Shown here piece by piece: positions 56,498 to 64,000 of a DNA stretch of 64,000 nt. The stretch spans positions 1 to 64,000 of the forward strand of contig JBGAIQ010000012.1 of the NCBI GenBank assembly GCA_044225365.1, in the 5' to 3' direction. A model generated the notes under the pieces. The model had not been told where the DNA came from and searched no databases. It worked only from the letters and a program-made list of their open reading frames with translations. The position numbers and the translations under genes were made by a program. This stretch comes from Planctomycetota bacterium. Its GTDB lineage: Bacteria > Planctomycetota > B15-G4 > JADJEK01. Position 1 is the first letter of the stretch; every line of letters begins with the position of its first letter.

Positions 56498-59038
56498 ATG
56501 AGTCGAATTCGAATCGATTCGGTCATCGTTTCCATCCTCGCCGCGATCCTGGCGCCGGCGACCTTCGCGGAATCGATCTACCCCGTGCCGTTCCATGCGG
56601 GACAAGGCACCGCGATCGCATCCATCGATCTCGACGGCGACGGCGACGTGGATCTCGCGACCGCTGGAGTGAATGGACTCCTGACGTTGACGAATGACGG
56701 CACCGGCAACTTCATTGCCGGGCCGAAGCAGACGAGCAATCTGAATCTCTTCACCGTCACCCTCGCAAAGCTGAACGCCGACAACGCTCCAGATGCACTC
56801 GTCCGGAATTTCACCTCGATCTTGGCCTATCCCGGGAACGGCGCGGGCGGTTTCCTGAATCCTCTCACGCTGCTCGTGGGGACGCAGTACGGGTCACCGC
56901 GGACCGGAGATTTCAACGAGGACGGTCGTACCGACGTCGTCGTCGGTCATTCAGCGGCCGGAGTCGGCCTCACGGTCTTCTTCTCGACCGCTGCGGGCCC
57001 GGTGAATCCACCCGTCGTGTTCCCTGGAGGCGGTGGTGGCGGTGGCCCGATGATCGTCTCCGACATCAACGGCGATGGTCATCTCGACGTGATCGACGTC
57101 GGAAACACCATCAACACCTGGCTCGGAGACGGATTCGGCCACTTCGTGAACACGTTCAACTCGGGCGCTTCCGGGACCGTGATCTACGCACTGCTCGTCG
57201 ATTTCGATCACGACGGGAAGCTCGATCTCCTCTACGAAGCGCTCACCGGCGGCACGAGTGAGCTGTTTCGGCGCGGGGATGGCGCCGGTGGATTCGCGCC
57301 CGCCATCGCGACTTCGATGGTGGCGATGCAGTACGTCGCCATCGATTTCGATCACGACGGCGTCACGGACCTCATCGGGATCGACACGAACAAGCCCGGC
57401 ATCGCGGAGCTGTTTCGCGCCGTAGGACCCGTTCAATTCGCGCCGGCGATCGATCTGCCGGTCGCGCAGAGTATTTCTTCCATCGCACCGATCGACGTCG
57501 ATGCCGACGGCAATCTCGATCTCGTGATCGCGATTCCGAACGGTGTCTGCGTGCTCCGCGCCAAGCCGAGCGGCGGATTCGTTTCGAACGAGTCCTTCGG
57601 TCCCATGAACGGCAAGAGCATTGCGACGGGCGATGTGAACGACGACGGATACGAGGATCTCGTCACCGTACAGGGCACGGTCCAGCTCGGAGTCAGCCTC
57701 GGTTCGAGCGGCGCACCTTTTCCTCCGTTCGTCTTCGGACCGACGGTTTCCATTTGGCCCGCGCTCTTTCTCGATCTCGGCGACCTCGATCTCGATGGCG
57801 ATCTCGACGCCGCCGTGATCGCGACCAACGAGCTCGATGTCCTTCACGGCGATGGCACCGGCGGTTTCTCGCTCGCGCAGGCGCAGACCCAATTCGGCCA
57901 GGTCTACTCGCTCCTCCATGCGCGGTTGATCGATTCCACCTCGGACGGCGTCCCGGACCTGACGTATGCCTATTCGATCAATGGCGGGCATGCGGGCTTC
58001 TTCTCGGGAGTCGTCCTCGCACGCGGAATCGCCGGCGGCACGCTTGGAGTCGCGACCCCGATCCTGACGGGAAGCCAGGAGTTCACGGACCTCCTCGTCT
58101 CCGATCTCAACGGGGACGGCGCGGCCGACTTCGTCGTCGCGCTCCCCAGCGGAACTCCGCTGTACGTCCGGACCGACGGGATCGGCGGATTCCTCGCGCC
58201 TCTGCCGATTCCCGTTTCGGGAGCTGCTGTACGCAAGATCGCGAGCGGCGACGTGAATGGCGATGGGAAGCAGGATCTCGTCTTCGCGAGCTCGAATCTC
58301 CCGCTCGGGCTGCTCACGATGCTCGGCACGGGATCGGGATTCGCGTTCGGTTCGATCACGGGCTTGCTGTCGTCGCCGAGCGGAAATCTGACTCTCGCCT
58401 GTGCCGATGTGAACGGGGACGCGAGGCTGGACGTCCTCGCTCTCGGAGACTACGGAACTCCGATTCTCGAGGTCCTGCGGGGGGATGGCGCTGGCAACTT
58501 CGCGGATTCCGTTCCCTTCGCGGTCGCCTCGAACGTGACCGCCTCGAGACTTCACGTGTTCGACGCGGAGCACGACGGTCGCGTCGACGTCGTGTTCGCG
58601 GCGCCCGCGAGCAGCCGCGTCGAGACCCTGCGCAATGCACTTCCCGACTTCTTCGACTACGCGGGTGCCGGCTGCGCGGGGAGCGGCGGATTCGTTCCGC
58701 GCTTGCGCCTCGATGGCGTCGCAACGCCCGGCGGCTCGGCGACGCTGTCGCTCGAGAACGCGAAGGGCGGGGCGACCGCGCTCCTCTTCACCGGCGTGAC
58801 GCCGGGCAACGTGCCGCTCCCCGGCGGTTGCCCGTTGCTCGTCTTCCCGCTACTGCCGATCGTGTTCAACCTGCCGCTGTCGGGAACGCAACCGGGCGAA
58901 GGCAGCTTCCATCTCGGCGGACCGCTGCCCGGCTCCCTCGGTTCGGGATCGGTTTACTACATGCAGGCGATCGTGATCGATCCGGGCGCGTCGTTCGGCT
59001 TCGCCGCGACGAATCGCGCGCAGATCAGCGTGTACTGA
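56498..59038 (+). CDS. large FG-GAP/VCBS repeat protein, tandem paralog of 53893-56445
   Basis: Collinear repeats; near-identical C-terminal domain. Confidence 0.92.
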   Translation: MSRIRIDSVIVSILAAILAPATFAESIYPVPFHAGQGTAIASIDLDGDGDVDLATAGVNGLLTLTNDGTGNFIAGPKQTSNLNLFTVTLAKLNADNAPDALVRNFTSILAYPGNGAGGFLNPLTLLVGTQYGSPRTGDFNEDGRTDVVVGHSAAGVGLTVFFSTAAGPVNPPVVFPGGGGGGGPMIVSDINGDGHLDVIDVGNTINTWLGDGFGHFVNTFNSGASGTVIYALLVDFDHDGKLDLLYEALTGGTSELFRRGDGAGGFAPAIATSMVAMQYVAIDFDHDGVTDLIGIDTNKPGIAELFRAVGPVQFAPAIDLPVAQSISSIAPIDVDADGNLDLVIAIPNGVCVLRAKPSGGFVSNESFGPMNGKSIATGDVNDDGYEDLVTVQGTVQLGVSLGSSGAPFPPFVFGPTVSIWPALFLDLGDLDLDGDLDAAVIATNELDVLHGDGTGGFSLAQAQTQFGQVYSLLHARLIDSTSDGVPDLTYAYSINGGHAGFFSGVVLARGIAGGTLGVATPILTGSQEFTDLLVSDLNGDGAADFVVALPSGTPLYVRTDGIGGFLAPLPIPVSGAAVRKIASGDVNGDGKQDLVFASSNLPLGLLTMLGTGSGFAFGSITGLLSSPSGNLTLACADVNGDARLDVLALGDYGTPILEVLRGDGAGNFADSVPFAVASNVTASRLHVFDAEHDGRVDVVFAAPASSRVETLRNALPDFFDYAGAGCAGSGGFVPRLRLDGVATPGGSATLSLENAKGGATALLFTGVTPGNVPLPGGCPLLVFPLLPIVFNLPLSGTQPGEGSFHLGGPLPGSLGSGSVYYMQAIVIDPGASFGFAATNRAQISVY

Positions 59039-59053
59039 GCCACCGGCTCGTAC

Positions 59054-60316
59054 TCAGAGCGGCGATGCGAAGAATCCGAGTCGGGTCTTCACCATGACAG
59101 CGGCGATGACGTTCTGCAGAATCACACCGACCGCCGTCGCGATCGCGGCGCCTTCGATTCCGTAACGCGGGGCGAGCACGACGTTCAGCCCGACATTGCA
59201 CACGAGCGCCCACACCACGCTGTTGCGAAACGCTCGTTCATGGCCGGACATCACGAGCAACAAGCCGACCGAGCCCGTTGCAACGTTGACGAGTTGGCCG
59301 ACGGCGAGGATGCGAAGGCAGTTGCCGCCCGCTTCGAAATCTCCGCCGAACAGATGGAGCACCGGGATCGGGAGGATGACGAAGGCGAGGAAGATCGGCA
59401 ACGCTTCGAGCGTCATCCGCTTCGTCGCACTTCGCGCGAGCGTCTCGATCGCCGCGCGATCGCCGCGCGTGTGGAGCGCGGCGAATTCGGGACCGAGGAT
59501 CGCATTGTGCCCGAGGAGGATGAGCTGCAGGAACATCGCGGCGGCTTGGCAGACGCCGTAGATGCCGACTTCGGAATCCGCGCGGAACTTGAAGAGGACG
59601 AGCGTCGGGATCGAGCTCTGGATGAGGTTCAGGACCGAGAGTTGGTAGAGCGGCGCATACGCCCGCGTGAGTTCACCGAAGTCGAATGGGCTCCTTCGCT
59701 TGTTCGGCATCCCACCGAAGGCTTCTCGCACCGCATAGATTCCGACGGCCGCTGCGAGGGCGTGGGCGAAGATCTGCGTGACGAGCGCGCTCGTGAGAGC
59801 GAATCGATCGAATGCACGTAACGCCAATGCGAGGAGGATCGCCACGAGAGGCACGGCGAGATTGATGAGGAACTGCGAGAGCGCAACTCGGCCGAGCCCG
59901 CGAAGGGTTTCGCCGTGGAGTCGATACAGCACGATCGGAGCGATGCAGAATGCCATGACGAAGATCGGCGTCGCGGCGGGGGGCTTCCTGAACCCGTGCT
60001 CGGCGAGCGGAACGGCGAGCACGGCGCAGATCGCGGTCCCGATGAGCGAGAGCACGATCGCGCGGCGGAACACCCGATCGTAGACGCCTCGCGCGCCTTC
60101 GAAGTCGCCGATCGCGATTCGCGAGGCCGTGAAGCGAACGGCCGCGAGTTCGAGTCCGCCGCGGCAGAGGATCGCCATCACGTTCGCCACCTGGAACGCG
60201 AGGAAGAACGTTCCGGTATCCGCAGCGCCGAGTCGACGTGCGAGGAGGAATTGGAAGACGAGTCCTAGAACTGCGCCGCCGAGGCGTTGAGAAACCGCGA
60301 GCGCGCTTCCCTTCAT
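59054..60316 (-). CDS. Wzx-like polysaccharide flippase (MOP superfamily)
   Basis: LARRLGAADTG, many TM helices, EVGIYG, LAPRYGIEGAAIAT. Confidence 0.88.
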   Translation of the reverse strand: MKGSALAVSQRLGGAVLGLVFQFLLARRLGAADTGTFFLAFQVANVMAILCRGGLELAAVRFTASRIAIGDFEGARGVYDRVFRRAIVLSLIGTAICAVLAVPLAEHGFRKPPAATPIFVMAFCIAPIVLYRLHGETLRGLGRVALSQFLINLAVPLVAILLALALRAFDRFALTSALVTQIFAHALAAAVGIYAVREAFGGMPNKRRSPFDFGELTRAYAPLYQLSVLNLIQSSIPTLVLFKFRADSEVGIYGVCQAAAMFLQLILLGHNAILGPEFAALHTRGDRAAIETLARSATKRMTLEALPIFLAFVILPIPVLHLFGGDFEAGGNCLRILAVGQLVNVATGSVGLLLVMSGHERAFRNSVVWALVCNVGLNVVLAPRYGIEGAAIATAVGVILQNVIAAVMVKTRLGFFASPL

Positions 60317-60329
60317 CCGTCGTATCCGT

Positions 60330-60761
60330 TCAGGACGGCTCGATCGCGAGCGTCGCGAAGTAGCGACGGAGGCGATCTCGAATCTGGTCCCGCACTCGTC
60401 GAAACGAAGTGAGCCGTTCGTCGTCCGATCCCGTCTCCGCCGCGGGATCCGAATGCGGCCAATGCAGACGTTCGGCACTGCCGAGGAACACGGGACAGAC
60501 CTCTTCGGCGCAGAGCGTGATGACCGTCCGCACGCGGGCACTTTCGATGCTGTCGACGCTCTTGCTCGAATGACCGGAGATGTCGATGCCAATCTCGCGC
60601 AGAGCTTCGATCGCGAACGGGTTGACGCGACTCGGCATCGATCCCGCGCTCATCACCTCGACGCCGCGAGGAGCAAGGGTCCTTGCGATGCCTTCTGCCA
60701 TCTGACTGCGCGCCGAATTCGCGACGCACAGGAAGAGGATCACGTTGCGCTTCTCGCCCAT
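60330..60761 (-). CDS. arsC: arsenate reductase (LMW-PTP fold)
   Basis: [21 protein letters not shown]....[17 protein letters not shown]. Confidence 0.88.
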   Translation of the reverse strand: MGEKRNVILFLCVANSARSQMAEGIARTLAPRGVEVMSAGSMPSRVNPFAIEALREIGIDISGHSSKSVDSIESARVRTVITLCAEEVCPVFLGSAERLHWPHSDPAAETGSDDERLTSFRRVRDQIRDRLRRYFATLAIEPS

Positions 60762-60768
60762 CTCTTCA

Positions 60769-61992
60769 TCAGCTCGCGTAGATCTGCAGATCGGTGCCGA
60801 CCGCGTCGGCCATCTCGCACGTCATCTTCAGGTCGGGGTGGCGCACCACGAGGAAACCATCGGACACGAGCGTCTGCTTCCAGTTTCGACGTTTCGTGCC
60901 GACCGGCTGCAGTTCGACGTGAGCGACGTGCGGGCCGTAACGGCGCATGATCGAGTCGAGCCCATCGATGCGGTGGATCGTTCCTTCGCCATTCGCCCGC
61001 TTGAAGATCATCGCCGCGTTGTAGGCGCGCTCGACGCGACCGCGCATTGCCCCGTAGGCGATGACCTCGGCCCAGCAGTGATAGAGATCGACATCGTGCG
61101 CCCAGTTCATGAGATCGACGGTTCGCGCTCCAGGGGGCCGCGCGCCGATCTCGCCGAACACCGCTTCGCCGTTCTCCTTCAGGAACCACTCCATGTGGGT
61201 GAATCCGTAGTCGAAGCCGAGCGCGTCGATGACCGCTTGGCCGAGCTTCCTCCCTACTTCGAGATGGGGAACATCGGGATCGCGCAGGATCACGGTCTGG
61301 GGGCTGATCCACTCGTTCTGTCGCGCAATGAGTGCGCGTGGGCGGTACCAGCAGATGTTGTGGAACTGGATCTTGCCCTTCGCCGTGATGGTATCGAAGG
61401 TGAACTCCTCACCCGTGATGAACTCCTCGACGCTGACCTCCGGGACATGGCGCGTGAGTTCGATCGCGCGCGCGAGTTCGGAGTCGTTGTCGCAGCGGTA
61501 GGTGTCGGCCGAGCCCGCACCCGCGATCGGTTTGATGATGATCGGGAAACCGATCTTCTTCGCGGCTTCCTCGACCTCGGACTTCGTACTCGCGCGATAG
61601 TGCTTCGGCGTGCGAATGCCCTTCTGGTCGAGCGCAGCCTTCATCGCTTCCTTGTCGCGGAAGAGGATCGTCTGCGCGATGTCCATTCCGGGCACCTTCA
61701 GGGCCTCGCGCAACTTCGCGGCGAGGATCATCGTGGGTTCCCAGAGCGATTCGATGCGGTCGAAGACGATGCCCTTGGTCTTCGCCTCGTTGACGACCTC
61801 GCGGATCACCGCGTCCTCGTCGAAGATCGAGCGGATCTGCAGGTACGCGGTGAGCGAGTGGCGAAGCGTCGGTTTGAACGAAGCGACGGTCTGCTCGCCG
61901 ACGCCGAACACCCGAACGCCGAGGTTGGCCAGCGCGATCGTGAAGCCGCTCATCTCGAGCGGGAAACCAGGCGAGAGCACGAGGACATTCAT
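60769..61992 (-). CDS. ATP-grasp domain protein
   Basis: [43 protein letters not shown]; AAGGA RBS. Confidence 0.92.
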   Translation of the reverse strand: MNVLVLSPGFPLEMSGFTIALANLGVRVFGVGEQTVASFKPTLRHSLTAYLQIRSIFDEDAVIREVVNEAKTKGIVFDRIESLWEPTMILAAKLREALKVPGMDIAQTILFRDKEAMKAALDQKGIRTPKHYRASTKSEVEEAAKKIGFPIIIKPIAGAGSADTYRCDNDSELARAIELTRHVPEVSVEEFITGEEFTFDTITAKGKIQFHNICWYRPRALIARQNEWISPQTVILRDPDVPHLEVGRKLGQAVIDALGFDYGFTHMEWFLKENGEAVFGEIGARPPGARTVDLMNWAHDVDLYHCWAEVIAYGAMRGRVERAYNAAMIFKRANGEGTIHRIDGLDSIMRRYGPHVAHVELQPVGTKRRNWKQTLVSDGFLVVRHPDLKMTCEMADAVGTDLQIYAS

Positions 61993-62249
61993 GACCGGTT
62001 CCTTGTGGGCGCGTGACCGCCTCACTTTAGTGAAACCGATTCGATCTTTCTCCGTCGCGAATGCCCTCAATCCCACAGTGGGTTCGCCCGAAATGGAGTC
62101 TGCCAGGAGCTGCCTCGACAGCTCATCGACGAACGAACGGCGCCACGGAGACCGCAAGGCCGGGCAGATCCTCGCACGCTGAGCCTCCCCGATGACGTCC
62201 TGGATCCTCCGCGGTAGGCTGGTTGCGCCTGCCGCGGAGGTTCTTTTTC

Positions 62250-63095
62250 ATGCGCAAGCTGTTCCAGTTCGGGCTCATCGCCATCGCGGTCGCATCGTCG
62301 GCTCTTGCGGAAGGATTCAAGGTTCCGTGGCCGAGCCCTTCGGCGAAACTGACGCAGGCGATCGGGATCACCGAGATCTCGGTCAACTATCATCGTCCGG
62401 CGTTGAAGGGCCGCGACCTGGCGCAGGAACTGAAGAGCGCGGGCAAGATCGTCTGGCGCTTCGGCGCGAACGAAGCGACGCAGATCACATTCAGCGATCC
62501 TGTGACGTTCGGCGGCGAGGAGCTCGCCGCCGGGGAATACGGACTGTTCGCGATCCCGGAAGCCGACGAGTGGACGATCATCGTCAGCAAGCAATCGAAG
62601 ACCTGGGGCGCCTACGCCTACGACCCGAAGCAGGACGTGACCAGGATCTACGTGAAGCCGAAGAAGTGCGAAAGCGTCGAGTACCTGACCTTCGCGATCG
62701 ATCCCACTTCGGATCATTCGGCGCAGTTGAAGTTCGCATGGGGAACGGTCGCACTCGACATCCCGGTCGAGGTCGACGTCGACGGCCTGATGAAGAAGCA
62801 GATCGAGGAGCAGATCGCGACGCTCGCCGCGACCGATTGGGACACGCGACTCCAGATCGTGAAGTACTGGGTGAATCGCAAGGAGAATCTCGAGCGAGCG
62901 CTCACCCTTGCGGACGAAGGCGTGAAGATCGACAAGAACTGGTGGACGCTCGAATGGAAGGCGCGCACGCTCGACCTGCTCGGTCGCAGGAAGGAAGGGC
63001 TGCCGATCCTCGAGGAAGCACTCGTCGCCTCGCGCGGCAAGACGCCGATCGAGTATCAGAAGGGACTCGAGAAGATGATCGCGGAGTGGCGTTAG
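62250..63095 (+). CDS. DUF2911 family protein with C-terminal TPR-like helices
   Basis: PSPSAKLTQAIG.T.I.V.YHRP..KGR, WRFGANEAT, GEYGLFAIP, W.IIVSK; GGAGG RBS. Confidence 0.88.
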   Translation: MRKLFQFGLIAIAVASSALAEGFKVPWPSPSAKLTQAIGITEISVNYHRPALKGRDLAQELKSAGKIVWRFGANEATQITFSDPVTFGGEELAAGEYGLFAIPEADEWTIIVSKQSKTWGAYAYDPKQDVTRIYVKPKKCESVEYLTFAIDPTSDHSAQLKFAWGTVALDIPVEVDVDGLMKKQIEEQIATLAATDWDTRLQIVKYWVNRKENLERALTLADEGVKIDKNWWTLEWKARTLDLLGRRKEGLPILEEALVASRGKTPIEYQKGLEKMIAEWR

Positions 63096-63115
63096 AGAAG
63101 GACGCCGGTGGAGAA

Positions 63116-63253
63116 GGAGCGCCGGGCAGAGCCCGGCTCTTGTCGAACCGATGCCGGGCAGAGCCCGGCGGTCCGTTGAGCGAGGCTTGAACTGGGAGCG
63201 CCGGGCTCCGCCCGGCTCTTGTCGAACCGATGCCGGGCAGAGCCCGGCGGTCC
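63116..63253. repeat. tandem 59-bp REP-like doublet (each unit holds two GCCGGGC-N3-GCCCGGC hairpins)
   Basis: 63116-63174 and 63195-63253 are identical except one loop (AGA vs TCC); between convergent genes. Confidence 0.85.
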
Positions 63254-63262
63254 CGGTGACCT

Positions 63263-64000
63263 CTACTTATAAATGAGCCGCGCGGGTTCGCCCGCGGGCG
63301 GGGCGAGGATCACGGGCGGGTGGTACAGCAGGTCGATGGGGAGGGCGTTCTCGCAAGCGAGCAGCGCGTCGCCGTTGCGGGCGCGCCAGCGAAGTAGCGC
63401 GAGGCGGAGTTGCGACGCGATTTCGGGCCGTTCCTTCGATCGATCGAGATTCGTCGACTCGAAGGAATCGAGATCGAAGAGGGATTCGAGAGCCATCTCG
63501 GAGATCCGGCCCTTGCTCTGCTGGACGAACTGCCAGCGACCGGACGACACGCGGTACACGCCGGCCGCTCGATCGCCGGCGAACGAATAACGCCCGGCTT
63601 CGCGCGACTCGTCGTCGAGCAATCGCTCCAGTTTCGATCGAACCTTTACCGGCGCCATGAAGTCGGAGAGCGCCTCGCCGAGATCGATGGGATCGATGGG
63701 AATCGGCGATCGCCTGCCTCCGGCGACGGCATTCGGGAACTTGACGAGAGTCGGCATCGCGAGACTCGACGGGTCGAGCGGCGAGTTCGACTTCGAGCCG
63801 CCGCGCAGGACCGTGACGGCGACGAACAGCGCTTTCCAATCGTCGATCCGGGAGAGGAAGGAACGAAGCTGCGTGAGCACGATCGCAGGGTCGTATTCGC
63901 GCGCGTCGAATTCGATGTAGAGGATTCCGCCCGACCAGTTCGCCGCGGGATCGAGCCAGTCCGCGATGGGGACGAGGCGCGCGGGCAAGCGGAGAAGGAC
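63263..64000 (-). CDS. 3' part of a gene entering from beyond the window; degenerate sulfatase-like C-terminus
   Basis: MPTLVKFP...IDPIDL and GRWQFV...LFDLDSFESTNL...PEIASQLR resemble the sulfatase C-terminal pattern; the frame is open to the window edge. Confidence 0.55.
   Translation of the reverse strand, partial: VLLRLPARLVPIADWLDPAANWSGGILYIEFDAREYDPAIVLTQLRSFLSRIDDWKALFVAVTVLRGGSKSNSPLDPSSLAMPTLVKFPNAVAGGRRSPIPIDPIDLGEALSDFMAPVKVRSKLERLLDDESREAGRYSFAGDRAAGVYRVSSGRWQFVQQSKGRISEMALESLFDLDSFESTNLDRSKERPEIASQLRLALLRWRARNGDALLACENALPIDLLYHPPVILAPPAGEPARLIYK

Noticed and set aside
60330-60761. Arsenic-resistance operon
   Set aside because: arsC is alone, with no arsR, arsB or acr3 nearby.
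63116-63253. Possible CRISPR array
   Set aside because: Only two units, each internally palindromic, with no unique spacer series and no cas genes.
1-64000. Frequent GCGATCGC/CGATCG (HIP1-like) motifs suggesting a cyanobacterial origin of the kai genes
   Set aside because: The motifs occur throughout the window, including housekeeping regions, and are plausible from high GC plus ATC/GCG/CGC codon use. I could not compute enrichment.

Overview
GC-rich bacterial DNA with no rRNA, tRNA, CRISPR array or transposase that I can see. The many secreted FG-GAP proteins, a type III PKS cassette and a recurring C-terminal domain suggest a Planctomycetota-like host; this is inference only. The main feature is a ~17.5 kb signalling island (380-17912) centred on kaiB - REC/KaiA-like (KaiA3-type) - kaiB - full-length kaiC. 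KaiC retains the S431/T432-equivalent sites, the B-loop and an A-loop/tail. The two KaiBs differ at the fold-switch position. The core is flanked by five histidine kinases, stand-alone receivers and a diguanylate cyclase, and looks like a complete KaiABC-type oscillator wired to phosphorelay and c-di-GMP signalling, probably outside cyanobacteria. The rest of the window holds a pentaheme cytochrome-methyltransferase-FAD oxidoreductase-type III PKS operon, housekeeping genes (leuS, mgtE, speB-like, hemD, arsC), a GH9, an M23 peptidase and five FG-GAP proteins. Five secreted proteins of differing architecture share a ~120-aa C-terminal domain that may be a sorting domain. Two families of REP-like palindromes are present, one of which supplies stop codons. 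All calls come from motif reading by eye, and starts were adjusted using RBS and gene-overlap evidence.
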